Source: Eledone cirrhosa
Lineage: Eukaryota
Direction of reading: 5' to 3'
Assembly (NCBI GenBank): GCA_964016885.1
Contig: OZ024749.1
Coordinates: 41,354,001 to 41,418,000 of the forward strand
Length of the DNA: 64,000 nt
The notes below the pieces were generated by a model. That model saw only the letters and a list, made by a program, of their open reading frames with translations. It was not told where the DNA came from and made no database searches. The translations under genes were made by a program, and so were the position numbers. Positions 1-13,428 of the stretch are shown in pieces (the stretch's first letter is position 1; each line of letters opens with the position of its first letter).

Positions 1-53
1 TTATTCCTTGTTATTGAATTGAATGTATTGTATTGTAAATTGTGTTTTCCCAG

Positions 54-139
54 GGAATCTGGACGTAGTTTCTCCAGTCATGATTATGATAGAGGTGTGG
101 ATCTTTCTCCTCGTGAATACGACTCCTACAGAAGTTATG
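54..139 (+). CDS. Internal coding exon of an SR/G/P-rich RNA-binding-type protein (RBMX/hnRNP G-like, tentative)
   Basis: Acceptor ttttcccag|54 and donor G|gtgagt at 140. Encodes ESGRSFSSHDYDRGVDLSPREYDSYRSY and ends in phase 1, compatible with the exon at 3665. Confidence 0.75.
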
Positions 140-484
140 GTGAGTTTATCATTTCTTTCTATTTTCTAAAATATAAACTTCACCGTAAATCTATTCGGTT
201 GCTAAACTCTGTGTGTGTTGCTGTAACCAAACACCTGTGTGTGGATGTAGATATGTTTCATTTTTTATGCTAATTTAATGTCAACTTAACAAGTAAAATT
301 GGTAGATGTTAAGAATTACTTTAAAACAATATATATATATTTATATATTTATTAAAATAACAGATTAAAGTTTAAGCAAAGAATCGCTGCTTTCACCCTT
401 AACGGGATCTTCTGAAACTAACAAAGTCAATCTGTAAACGCAGAAGTGGATATTTCAAAAAACGTTGCTATATATATATATATA

Positions 485-865
485 GCGTGGAAGATAGACG
501 TTAAACGATGATGATGATTGTATAAATGTGGTTGGCAGTTGGAACGGCATCCAGCAGCCGTAAAAACACAGCCCCACTATGAGCAAGGCATGACGCGTCT
601 AACTGGCCCGACCTTCCTCATAATGGGGTCACCCAGTTCCACACTCTGTGCTTGGTTGGTATTAGGAAGGGCATGCAGCTGTAAAACATCCCAGCCAAAA
701 TACAGTTCTGTTTGAGCGAGGTTGAGCTGGCCAGACCTCTCATAATGGGGATGACCTGTCCAACCCATGCAAGCACGGAAAAATAGATGTTAAATGATAA
801 TGATATATATAGGCACAGTCTAACCCATGCTAGCGTGGAAGATGGACGTTAAACGAGAATGATGA
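485..865 (+). mobile_element. Cluster of SINE 3' pieces with RTE-type tail
   Basis: Repeated GGAAGGGCATSCAGCYGTAAAA and GGACGTTAAACGATGATGA-like motifs; related pieces at about 1650-1820, 5690-5935, 8220-8385 and 13130-13250 (-). Confidence 0.6.
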
Positions 866-2145
866 CAGGCATTGCTTCGTGGTTATGACGTTTTCTTTGT
901 AAGTGCATGGTTTTGCGTTTTACTATCACTGCGTGATACCTTGTACATATGTCTTCTACTATTGCCTTGAGTTGACCAATACCTTGAAAGTGCAGTTTGT
1001 AATCAGAAACTGTATAAAGAATGTCATACATATATATATGTGTGTGTTTTTGTCTCTGTGCCTTTGCTTCACATTCAACCTCAACTAATTGTGGCATTTC
1101 CCTTATATCTCATGTAACCAAGTTCTCTGGTTCAGCAGAAAAAGAAAGGTTGACTTCAGAAAGGAGATCTGGCAATGGATATACTACCTCAAAAAATCTT
1201 ATCCAACCCAGGCTGACATGGAATAGGGGGTGTAAAAATTATGATGGTGAAATGTAAAAATGAAATTTACAGTTCAAACTTTTGTAAGTTTGACTGGCCT
1301 CCTACAAGGTTACATTTCATAGAATTCTTGGGTCTTTTTAAGAATGGAGACCCCAATCTTATCTTGAAATGCAATGTGAAATGAAGTATCTTGCTCAAGA
1401 ACACATGTCACATGGTTTAGGAATTGCACTCACAACCTTATGATTGTGAGTCCAGCACCCTAATCATTAGGTCTTCCCTTGGTTTATAGTAGAAGTTAGC
1501 CATTTGATGTTACAGCGTCACATATGCAGTCTTATAAACATAACAGATTTACAACACTGTTATTTTGTAATTCTGAATTTAATATTTCACTACCTGTGTT
1601 CTTCTGCCTTAAACACTGATGGATTGTTAATTAGCTCTGATGTCAGTGAAGTTAGTAATATGAAAGGCACCCAACTGTAGAAACCATGCCAAAACTGGAA
1701 CTATATAAGCTAGATATCTCTGGCTCATCTAGGAGGACTAGCTCTGATTAAGTAATGGCTTGGTCTGTGATGGTCTGTCCAGCCTATGTAAGCATAGAAA
1801 AAGACATTCAGGCAAGATGTATTGAGTTTAAACAAAAAAAAATGGCTTCATCAATTTATATATTAAAAGCGTGTGTGCGTGTGTGTAAATATCTGAGCAG
1901 GTTTTGTTGGTTAACAGATTTTGTTTTTAATTGAAATTTAAAAAAATCAAGCAAATTAAGTTTTAAAAAAAAGAATGTTGAAAAGCTATCTACTGTATTT
2001 TTCCATTTATAAGATGCATTTTTTACTCCAAAATTGTAATGTCAAAATCTCTTTCCAATACACTAAAGCTCTTTTTGACCCCATAAAAGATTTTCTACTC
2101 ATCTTGTGGTCCTTTTTATGGCCAGAAGACATAGGTAAAAATATT

Positions 2146-2393
2146 TTAGTCCTTTTGCTACCAAATCATCTGGAGATGCCCCTTGTTCTATGACAAAAAA
2201 GTGCATTTGTTTTAAAATGCTCATATTTAAATTTAAACTTTCCATAATAATTTTAAGTAAGAATCTTTTCTTAAACATCAGCATAATAATGAGCAAGTCA
2301 TAACTAAATCACTTAAAATTTTTCATTATTTAAAAAAATATTTAAAATATGCAAGCAGTGTCTTTCATTAGAAATATGGTAACAAAATAGTTA
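2146..2393. mobile_element. piggyBac-like MITE
   Basis: Degenerate termini TTAGTCCTTTTGCTACC ... GGTAACAAAATAGTTAA. The same end sequence recurs at 52419-52610 and 30769-30798; related copy at about 14158-14407. Confidence 0.5.
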
Positions 2394-3319
2394 AATACTG
2401 TTATAACTTTTTCTTCTTATATCCCGAAAAATACAGTAGATATTCATCCAATTGACTGTTCTATTTAATTTATCTATTAACAACATGCAGAGTATGTTAT
2501 GATGATGTTTGTTTTTAAATCATTTTGCTATATTAACTCTTGGTTTTGGCATTGGTCAAACCAAACTGGGTTAATCTATTTCTTAAAAGAACTCCTTGAA
2601 AAATCTTTAATCTTCATATCCTCAAATACATTCCTTGTTGTGAATATGCCACTGAAATCATCAAAATATCTATCCCCTTCATCCATCCATACTTTTTGGT
2701 GTTGTGGAAACCAGTACAGCCTATGAAATACAGCTGGTGTAACTAATAATAAGAGTATCACTATTACCAAATATGGACGTGAAACAACCTCTCTCTGCAG
2801 CCTTAAAAATATAGAATATTGAAATGTGTATATTTAAGGCCAAGATAAGTTTTCAGCATTGTGCAGTGTAAACTAGAAACCAAATGTGATGATACTATTC
2901 TATCTTGATCAAACTAACAGATGCCTACATCTGTTTTGTGTAAAGTTTTCATACAAATTTTTTCACTGATTAGAAAATGTGCTATATAACTGTATTCTGT
3001 TCTTGGAAAAATGAGCAAAGTACCGCACCAAAGTCTCTGCTACTTAATCCAAAATGTTTTTTGAAGCAGCCAAAATTTATGAATAAACTAGAAGAAATAT
3101 AAATATTCACCACAAAATGAAAAACCTACAGGATAAATTGGACCAAGAGAAAGTCTTTAACAAATATCATTGGAATCGTAAAAGAAAAAACTATAATGGG
3201 ACCCCTCCTTGGGTCATTGGAACATGTTCTTTTGAGGGATTAGGGTGGGATTTATTGTGGGGCAGTCCCCTGAACAATTAAAATAGATGATTTGATTTTT
3301 GTTTCAACTCTGTCTTCAT

Positions 3320-3457
3320 CAGTGTTTCTCAACATTTTTTGTCCTATGTCCCACGTCAATTTTTCCCGCAAATGACCACGGCCCTGTGATTAGACAAAGT
3401 TTACTGCGTAGTATATACGCCCTATTCTGAAGTCATGCCCCACTTTGAGAAACACTG
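3320..3457. mobile_element. hAT-type MITE (138 bp) in the last intron
   Basis: Perfect 13-bp TIRs CAGTGTTTCTCAA/TTGAGAAACACTG; imperfect 8-bp TSD gtcttcat/gtttgcat. Confidence 0.75.
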
Positions 3458-3664
3458 GTTTGCATCCACTTTTAAATTGGTTATTTTGTTTTCTTTTCTA
3501 ATTAACCTAATGTGAAATTTTAGATTTATCTTGTTTAATTGTCTTTATCTCTCGCTCTCTCTCTTGTTTGCATTTAAAACAAATGTTCTTTTGTTTCCGA
3601 ACTGTTACATGCAATACTTTAAAGCGACCTCTTCTAGTTGCACGGTGATATTTGTAAATTCTAG

Positions 3665-4071
3665 GTCCTCGCAACACTCCGAATCCAAACAGAGGACCTC
3701 CATCCCGCAGTTACTCCTCCTATGGACCTTCTTCCAGCACACATCGCAGTTACATATCTAGCAGTTCACGAGGAGGACCATCTTCATCCTGTGGTCCACC
3801 TCCAAGCATGTCCTCAAGGGGTCCAGCCCCACCTATCTCTTCTAGAGGGCCACCACTCTCCTCCAGAGGGCCTCCACCCATGTCGTCTCGTGGTCCACCC
3901 ATGTCTCGTCGAGGTTCCATTGGTAGTGATCAACGTGGAGAATACAGTCGTGAAGTCTATCCTTCTGGAAGCCGTCGCCCTGCACCCCAGGACTCTAGAG
4001 GGCCATCAGCTAAACGTCCAAGAGGTGCAGATGGACCACCGTCAAGAAGTGGACCGCCATTCAGGCGTTAA
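3665..4071 (+). CDS. Terminal coding exon of the same gene; low-complexity SSRGPP-repeat C-terminus resembling RBMX/hnRNP G
   Basis: Acceptor aattctag|3665. A phase-1 join gives GPRNTPNPNRGPPSRSYSSYG...MSSRGPAPPISSRGPPLSSRGPPPMSSRGPP...SGPPFRR*, in frame with ORF 3808-4071. GC-richer than its flanks. Family assignment rests on composition only. Confidence 0.8.
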
Positions 4072-5561
4072 ATTTTCCTTATTTCAAACCACTTATAGTC
4101 AAAAAGAATATTTTAGTTTATTAAATATCTTTTACTTGATATTTGCTGTTCTTTTTGAGAAAAAAACCCAACATTTTTACTTGTCATTCTCCAAATTATT
4201 TCTTCGTGCTCCACTTAAACTCATTGTCTCAAAAAACCTAAACACGTTGACATTAGAACTTCTACAGTTTGGTGTACTACCTCCTGCTCCTCCTCTTTCT
4301 AATGGATTGTTTTATCAACTTGTTACAATTGAACCTCAACTGATGAAGCCAATCTGACTCTTCATTACAACATTTTTACTTCATGTGTGTGTCTCATTGG
4401 TTATTTAATGTTGGAACTATATCACACCTTAAACCCACATGAGTGGTGACTGGAATTTCCTTCAACCAACCAACTCCAAACTTAACTTTGTTTCCTGAAA
4501 CAGTTGATGGATGAACATAATTTAAACAACCTGAATACATTTAAAAAATCATTTACTGATCTTTCCTTTGACCGACTATTTAAACCATCTGTGCTATTCC
4601 AGTGGAAATACTTCAGACCAAATAACATTTAAACTCTTGCCTACAACTGGACATCGATATATATATATATATATACATATATATAATATCCTGTCTCTCT
4701 GATCAAGACAACCCACCTGAACATTAATAGTAACCTCTGCTGTTGTCATCAACTTACACACTATTGTTTCTTACCTTAATTAACTTTTATCTTCTCACCT
4801 TTGTAAGCCTCATTTAACATTTTGTGTGTTGCATAGTTTCATGCAAATTAAACATTGAATTGGAGACAGCCATGACTTGGGATTGGTTTAAAAAAAAAAA
4901 AATTTAAACCAAATTGTACTACCAATAAACCTGCTTTCCCTTCTGTTCACTTGGCCCCAACCCTGGCTAAATCACAAATAATGTGAGTTACTGGTCTATT
5001 TCTCAGATCTCATAATCTAAAATAGAAAATCTACTAGCCTTTTTCGTTCTTTCTTCTTTTTTTTTTTATTTAATCACACGTGTTTTGTAAGTTGTAAATC
5101 TTTGCTTAGTTATTTTAAGAGATTTAAATTTCCATTGTTAATTTAAAATTAATTTGTAATACATTTGATATGTATTATTATTTTAAAACATGTTAGTGCT
5201 AAAGTGTGTATCTCTAGAAAAGTAAGTTTTGGTCCTGAAAATAACATGCTGTCCATTCTAATTAATGGCAATGAAGGAAGAAAGAAATAATTAAACCTCA
5301 CTCTCTATCCCTCTCTCACAAACTGCTGTTGCATTATAAATCTTTTATTGAAGAAGTATCAACATATTTGGCATAATGATAGTTCTTTAAGGAAACCTCT
5401 TTAACTTCTGTTTGCTGTCTACAAATAACCAATCCTTAAAAGTGAACTTGACAAATGTATTATGACAAGAACTCCACAGGGCATTAAGTTTATGAAGTAA
5501 CACACTGATGGATTAGAATACATTTCCTCTCTACAAAGAACAAACAAGTCTTTGTATTTTC

Positions 5562-5567
5562 AATAAA
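5562..5567 (+). promoter_or_regulatory. Candidate polyadenylation signal of the + strand gene (alternative AATAAA at 4924)
   Basis: AATAAA followed by T-rich sequence, at the end of a long repeat-poor, 3'UTR-like stretch. Confidence 0.4.
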
Positions 5568-6832
5568 ATCCTGCTCAACAGTTGTAAATCTATTTTGTTA
5601 CTCTTAATTCCTTGGGATATGACACATTTATGCCTGAAATATGTGAAGACTGAACACTAGCCAACTAGTGTATTCAACCTCCTCCGCAATAAAATGCACC
5701 CAGTACACTCTGTAAGGTGGTAATTCAGTTGGTGCCACAACAAAATGCATCCAGTACACTATAGTGTTAGTGCTGCATGCACCACAATAAAATGCACCCA
5801 GTATATTCTACAGAGTGGTTGGCATTAGAAAGAGCATCCAGCTGTAGAAACCATTCCAAAATATGGATCGCATGAGCAAGATATGGTACTCTAACCCATC
5901 CAACCCATGGCAGCATGAAAAGCAGATGTAAAGATGAATTATTTGTTAAATATGGAAAATCTTCAGTCATTGAATTTGGTTTTTAGTTGTAAATACCTCT
6001 TTTGTATCTTAAATATGTATAAATTAAATTAAGTTAAAATAATTTCTCTTATCAGAGATCTGGTGAGCATCAAACGGCCTTAGTTAGCTGACCTTGTGTC
6101 TTCAGTTGGAAAGTAATTGGCCTTAAAAACCAAAAGCACTCATGAACATTGTCAAATACCAACTGAAATATGTGCATGATGTTTCATACACTGTTGTAAA
6201 TGGAAATAATGAATTAGTGCCTTCAATCTCACAAGACCCTTTCTCAGTGGATTAATATACTTGGTAACCTGCAGTGTTTGTGGAAGAGAAAATAATTTAA
6301 ACTGGAGTTCTGAAAATCCTTTCCAGTTGTATAGCCTCTTTCTGGAGAAAATTTCACCTAAAACTTGTCAATATATAGTTATGAAATGAAATTGAAATTT
6401 ACAGCTCACACATAAGCAGGTTCAGCTGGCCTCGTGAAGTCGAATCTCATAGGTTTTTTTAATGATAGTGGCCCCGGTCCTATCATGACAAGCAATGTGA
6501 AATGAAACATCCTGCTCAAGAACACAGCCTATAGCCCAGTCCAGGAATTGAACCCACAACTTAATGATTGTGAGTCCAACACCCTAACCATAGACCACAC
6601 AGTGTATAGTAATGGAAGAAGTATGAATGTCTCAGATGGCCAAAAGAGAAACTTTATTTTTTTAAATAAGTGTTCATTAAATGATTTTTTTTTTTTAACT
6701 TGCATTTAGTTTAATTGCCTGTGATTCACCTAATAAAAATGAGCTGAGAAAATCATTTTAACCAAGAAGTTTATTCAGAAAGATAACTTATTCAACATTT
6801 TAAAGCACAATTCAAATTAATGCCAAAAAATG

Positions 6833-7465
6833 GTTTCTAATTTAGGCCACAAGACCAACAATTTTTGGTGGGAATGGGAAAGTCAATTATATTGATCCCA
6901 ATAATTAACTGGTTCTTTTATCAACCTCAGAAGGATGGAAGGCAAAGTTCACCTTGGTGGGATTTGAATTCAGAACGTAATGAGCCGTAACTAAATACTA
7001 CAAAGTATTTTGTCTGATACAGACATGATTCTGCCAGTCCACTGTCAATTTATGCAGAATAGTGAAAACAAAGTTTTACAGCCACAGCATACCCACGTAT
7101 TTTTAAGATTTAAATTATCAGCCAAGCAAAACTCCTGGTTTGGTCTCTCAAGCTGTGACCACTTCTATCTCAATGATACATTTATATCAAGCCTACATAA
7201 TGAATCTCACTGATACATGAGATTTAGTCATCACATTTTAATGATAATAATGGTTACTAATTTAGGCAGAAGACCATCAATTTCAGGAAAGGGGGAAAGT
7301 CGATTAAATTGACCCCAGTACATGACTGGTTCTTTAATTTATCGATTCCTAAACGATGAAAGCCAAAGTTAACCCCCAGTTGTATTTGAACTCAGAAATG
7401 TAAAAGGTTGTAACGAAATACCACAAAACATTTTGTCTGACGCTCTGATGACTGCGCCAATCCAA
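6833..7465 (-). mobile_element. Two diverged tRNA-derived SINE copies (family A): about 6833-7040 and 7250-7465
   Basis: Reverse complement of the B-box GAGTTCAAAT plus the CTTTGCCTTTCATCC...GATAAA..GTACCAG central domain. Confidence 0.7.
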
Positions 7466-8539
7466 TACTCTAGAAATTAAACAATCTGTTGTATCTAAAG
7501 AATCGTCTTTGGTTGAAACTGTTGTTTATTTGTCTACAATGTAAAAGACGATGGTGTTACATAAATCAGTCATTCCAGCTTTATTTACAAGTTATTGAAG
7601 CAGTTACAGAACTCTATCTGGCAAGATATATAAAACATCTGGTATTACATGAAGCAGTTATTTCAGATATATTTACAAGTTGTTGAAGCTATTACAGATC
7701 TCCACGTTGCAAGATATAAAATCTCGAAGAACCTTCTAAATTGACCAAATTAGATGTTGCAGTCACAATCAGAATATCAAACCTCAATATCATGAAATGT
7801 TGTTCAACAGTTGGTAAATTTAAGAGACAGCTTTGAAACATGGTCCTTATCTCTTCATAGCTAGGTTTTGTTAATGCTTAACTCAGTTTAGCTTTTTATT
7901 CAAAATACTTTTCTTAGTGTTAACTCCACTCTGAAGACCTTTAACAAAATGTAAGAAAAGAAAAGTAATAAATCACCAGATCAGACTAAGGAAAACAATG
8001 TTTCCATTGCTGATATTATGTCAGAAGCTGCTGGAAAAATCCCCATAAAATTCCTGATTCTTTCATTCTGTGATTTTTACCAAACTGAGCATCTACAAAA
8101 CATGGTGTTGAACCAGAAAAGAAGAAAAAAACCTATTTCAAAGCAAAATCTTAAATTAACCAAAACTTGAAGAGCAAATTTTTAAACAAGATGAAAAGGG
8201 AATCATACTTTGTTCAGGCCAATCTGTAAAGTGGTAGTGATGGTACAGTGATAGAATACACCTAGCAAAGTCTGTAAAAGTGATAGTGCAGGTGCTGTGA
8301 TAAAATGCATCCAATACACTCTGTAAAGTGGTTCATATTAGGAATGACAACCAGTATGGAAAATGGACATAAAATGATGATGATATAAAAAGTGAAGTTT
8401 ATATATATATATCACTTGGGTAGGTATACAAATTTCCAGCCATTGAAAACCACTTCCACATGCTGATAGGTTGACCAATAATATTGGTTGGTACTTGGTT
8501 GCCATCTCGTCTGCTTCAGGATTTATGGATATCTTTGTG

Positions 8540-9450
8540 TTTCCTGCTAAAAATAGCCAAAAAACTTACCACGATAAACATTGTCTTGTAAAGTCAGTAT
8601 CAGGCAAGCAAGCTCCTCTCGTATCTGTATTCACTCAGTTTCACTAAAGTTTCCTGCTAAAAACAAGCCAAATAACTCAAAAAAATCTTGCTGTGTTAAA
8701 AATTAGGTATGTAAAGAACTGTATTGGTTGTGGAAACTCCTCTTTCTTTGTACCTTTGTACTCCCTCAGTTGTAAACTTTAAGCTAAAGTAACTAAAAAC
8801 TGCCAAATTATTCGGAAGTTTACCATGTTAAACTCTGAATATTGTAAACAGTATTGGTCTTGTAATTCCCTGGCTTTGAGCAAAAGTTTTCTGCTAAAAA
8901 TAGCCCACCCATCTGTTGTCTATTGTCTACCATGTAGTAGACAATAGTATAACATAAACCAGTCATTTCAAATATTAACAAGCTTCTGTATCTGGCAGTA
9001 TATAAGCACCTTATCTTAAACCTTTGAAATTGGCCAGATTTCACTATTGGTTGTGAAAGCCCCTTGTTTTGTACCTTCATACTGACTAATTTCCAATGCT
9101 AAGTTAACATTTCCAACTAAAGCAGCCAAATAACCCAGAAAATTCTTGACATGTTAAACATTTGGGTATTATAGAGATTTCAAGATTGGTCATGCAAGTC
9201 CTTGGCTTTTTTTGTATCTTTGTATCCAGTCAGTCATTTCCAAACTTTATGCTAAAGTTACACCTACTAAATACAACCAAATAATTCAGAAGAATCTTAC
9301 CTTGTTAAACATATCAGTGAGAGTATTGTAAAGATTTCAGTACTGGTCAAATATTTAAAACTTTTAAGCTAAGATTTCTCACTAAAAAACAGTCAAATAA
9401 CTCAGAGGTTTTCCAGGTTAAACACCAAATGTAAAAATATCAGTATCCGT
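8540..9450 (+). repeat. Diverged tandem array of about 110-150 bp units
   Basis: Recurrent CTGCTAAAAATAGCCAAAT...GTTAAAC...TGTAAAG..CAGTATTGGT motif, about 7 units. Confidence 0.55.
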
Positions 9451-11688
9451 CCTTCAAGTCCTCTTTGTAGTGATGTCACTCACCTCAGCACCAACTACCA
9501 AAGTCAACACCAAAATGTTTGAAAGCAAATAATTAATAAAAGCACCAGGAACTTGAACAAAGAAGACAAATGCAAGGAATTTCTCTAAATGAAAGGAGCC
9601 AATGATACATTCTACAGCAGAAACTAACAGAATCAACATGGACTGGATCAGAAGAAAGTGTTTTGGTAAGTATAGTCTAGAGGAATGGCTAGCAACTGCT
9701 GAAATATAGATCTTAGCAGCTTTCAGGTGGAAAATAACATCTTCTACACCACTGGTTCCAAAACATATTCTGTTGTGGAATTCTTCAACAGTTAACCCAC
9801 TCACCCAAAAGTCACAAAACCCCCCACACCTTATATTTTACAGGTAACCCCTACACCACCTTTAAAGAGAGAATTAATTAATTTTAGGAAAAAACAATTT
9901 TATCAAGTGAAGACACTTTCTTGCGGAACCTACTTTAGGAAACAACTGCTCTACATGAATGAATGAATTCTTCACGTTCTATCTGGATCTCTCTAATCTC
10001 TCTATCACTCACAGCAGTTAGCTTGCTTTTCAAATCTCCCTCATCTCTACACATCCTCATACATAACCATGTACAGATTTGTCTCTTAATTTGGATTATG
10101 TCTTATTTCAGGCCATACATTGGATGTAGTCTGTCTGTCCACCTACCTACCATGGTGCTTCTTATGGCTAATATATGCATCAAGCTGCACTGTGTTTCTG
10201 CTCATGGCCTCCCTCTCGTCCCACTGTCTTCTATTGCAACATCTTGACTTAACAAATTGTGGTCTCTGGTGTTTTGTTTTTTTTTCCACAACATTTTCCC
10301 AATTTTGGAGACTGGGAATGATGTCTGTTCATCACCCTTTGCTAGAATGCTGGCCTGTCAACTTTGCCATTTGCCATCCTGGTCAGAAATCCCCCCTAAA
10401 GTCAAGTGAATCCATTTACATGGGTTCACAGTCTGTTAGGCTGGTTCCACTCTTTTGTGGATGGTGACTATTGGGTGAGTACTAGGCCTTCGTGGTTTAT
10501 CTATTTCCAAAATCTGAAGGTAGGTTTTTTTTTTTTTTCCATGTATCTATCTACTATTCTCTCTGAGTTCCAACTATTTCAGATCACCTCTGATTCCTCT
10601 GTTCCAGTAAACAACTGAAGGTAATATTCAAATTTTAGAAGTTTGCTTTTTTTTTTTTTTTTAAATAATTTCTTTTTCCTTTCAGTAATAAATATTTTTG
10701 TATGTAGTTATTTATTTTCTAAAATAATAAATATTTATTGCGATTATTTTTTGTGTTATCATTTTTTATTTAACACCAGATTATTATTATTATTACAAGT
10801 GTGATGGATTGGTAGTATCAGTAGAATGTTGGACAACATGCTTTCCTATAAGTTTTGAGTTCAAATCCTGCTGAGGTTAGCTTTGCCTTTCATCTTTCCA
10901 TGGTCAATAAAATAAAGTACCAGTAAATAGATATTCAGTTATATGATTAATTTAACTTCATACTTAGCAATTACATATTTTATTCTGTTAATTTTTCTAT
11001 TCTGTAACGAGAGCTCGAAATGCTAGAAATAGCAGCCAAATTTCACTGAAATAATTGGAGCCTATCATGTTAAATAAGAGAAATAGACTTTGATTTTAAT
11101 TGTTTAATTAGAGAGGTTGGTGGGGGAGGAAAGCATTTTCAAACTGGAGACCTGACCTGAATGCTTCCAACAGAGTGGTCTCTGCTAAACAACCAAGGGC
11201 CTATACATCCCTTAAAAGGACATGATGGACATGACTAGAATACATTTGATCAGTTAGCCTTGGACTAGAGTAGAGAGTGTGAGAGTATGTATATGTGTAT
11301 CAAGTGTCAGGCACAGCCCTATTTCGCATTTTCTCCTCACGTCTGTTCTCTGACTAAATGTCAACAGAATTAATCCCAGCATGAGTCAAAAGACAGCCAT
11401 ATTACTGTGAAATGATAGGAACATTATAGTCACATTAGACAACACCAGCATGAGTGTGTCACATGCAGCTCTCTCTCTCTCTCTCCAGTCATCATGACCT
11501 ATGGTTGTGTTCTGTAACTCTTTTAATGATTTCACTCATATCAACCTTCTTTTAAGTCTGGTACTTATCTTAGCAGTTTGATGAAAAGAACTTGATAAGT
11601 TACACGACACAGGCACAAATGTAAACATTGGCCTGGACACATTTCTGTTGTTTCTGTGTATGTCTGTCTACACACGTGTGTGGATAGG

Positions 11689-11731
<43 letters not shown>

Positions 11732-11933
11732 TATTTTTTTATTGCTTCTATGTATGTGTGTGTATATATGTCTGTGTTGGTGGCTATGTATTATCTATAG
11801 AGGGAAGCTTTTGTGTGTGTTTGTTTGGGTATGTCTATGTGAGTGTGTGTTTATATCCACGTGAGTGTTGTGGTTGGCTTTGGTCAGTAGTGGAAAGATT
11901 TTATGTACGTGTGTGTAAGGGATGGGTATGTCC

Positions 11934-11966
<33 letters not shown>

Positions 11967-12505
11967 GTCATCATTTAAGGTCTGCTAGCAAGGAAAACAA
12001 ATGTTAAATAGACTTTTGCAGTTTAGGTCTAACAAATTTCACTCACAAATATAAATAAATCCTTTTTTTTTTTTTCACAATAGTTTTTCTGTAATAGATG
12101 TATATCTGATTTATTCCTAGTGTTGTTAAATACCAGAAATAGCAAAGTACCAGAGGGAATGACATTTTGTTAAGTACCTTTTATATTCTGGGGTCAAACC
12201 TTATTGTAGTTTTATTGGTATTCTTTCTACTGTTCATTAAAATGAGTAACAATTAATTACTGGGCTTGATTACTCTAAATGTGTGTGAACTAACGACATT
12301 GTAGGAAAACGTGCGTGTGGGTAAAAAAAGAAAATGTCAAATATTTAGGTTCAAAATCGAGGTAGGATTTAATATCCTGCTGCTTGTGATTCAATGAGAA
12401 ATTTATCAACACTTTTCAATAATTCCAATGATTTTGTTTTTGTTAAAATTAATCCAGAATATGATAGGATTTAGCAATATATCTATTTCATTATTACTCT
12501 ACTTA

Positions 12506-12692
12506 TGGTGGTGGATTGGCAGTATCGGTAGAAGGTCGGACACCATGCTTTGCAACACAGAGTTACGGCCCTTTATGATCTGAGTTCAAATCCCGCCGAG
12601 GTTAAATTTGCCTTTCATCCTTACGGGGTCGATAAAATGAAGTACCAGTAATGTACTAGGTAATTGCTGGTCTTGTGCCAAAAGTAGAAACA
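12506..12692 (+). mobile_element. tRNA-derived SINE family A, full length with TSD
   Basis: A-box TGGCAGTATCGG, B-box GAGTTCAAATCC; 16-bp TSD attattactctactta. Confidence 0.9.
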
Positions 12693-12964
12693 ATTATTAC
12701 TCTACTTAATGATAAACAAGATGCTGTACATTTCAGGGGCAGATAATCTGGTGTAAAATTGCTGTTTTAATTATCTCCCATGTCTTATTGACAATGTTTA
12801 CTCTTTACATTTTCTCTATTAGTTTTTAACTATAAATTGAAATGTCAAATGTATTAAAAGAAAACGGCTATATATATATATATATATATAGTGGAATGTG
12901 ATGATGGTGGTTTTGTTGCAGTTATTTAGTTGAATCTCTATTAGTCTGAAAAAAAATGTATGTA

Positions 12965-12998
<34 letters not shown>

Positions 12999-13269
12999 GA
13001 GAGAGAGAGTCTATATAATAGAGAACATCTGGTTGATTGTTTTATATATATTAGATTCTATGAAACTGTATTCTAATAGAAAACATCTGGGTTGATGACG
13101 GTGGGGATGATGAATAGTTTGTCTTCTTCATCATCATCATCATCATCATCATTTTTTACGTCCGCTTTTCCCTGCTTGCAAGGGTGGGACGGGAACTGAT
13201 TCTGGCTTGATTTCTACAGCTGGATGCCCTTCCTAACACCAACCTCATTTACAGTGGAATGATAGGGAC

Positions 13270-13428
13270 CCCAGTCCCTATCATCTCATTTCTACAGCTG
13301 AGTAAACTGGAGCAATGTGAAATAAAGTGTCTTGCTCAAGGAAACAACACATCACCCGGTTTGAGAATTGAACTCACAACCTTTCGATTGCAAGGTCAAT
13401 GCTCTAACCACTAAGCCATGTGCCTCCT
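13270..13428 (-). mobile_element. tRNA-derived CORE-like SINE (family B)
   Basis: Minus strand GGCACATGGCTTAGTGGTTAGAGC...GAGTTCAATTC...CCTTGAGCAAGACACTTTA. Other copies at about 1370-1470, 6490-6600, 29730-30020 and 47312-47525. Confidence 0.8.

Noticed and set aside
3722-4357. 211-aa ORF overlapping the terminal exon
   Set aside because: Alternative frame; splice phase and composition support the SRGPP frame.
13350-13428. tRNA-like sequence (also at other SINE heads)
   Set aside because: A and B boxes run on into SINE body sequence, with no intact cloverleaf.
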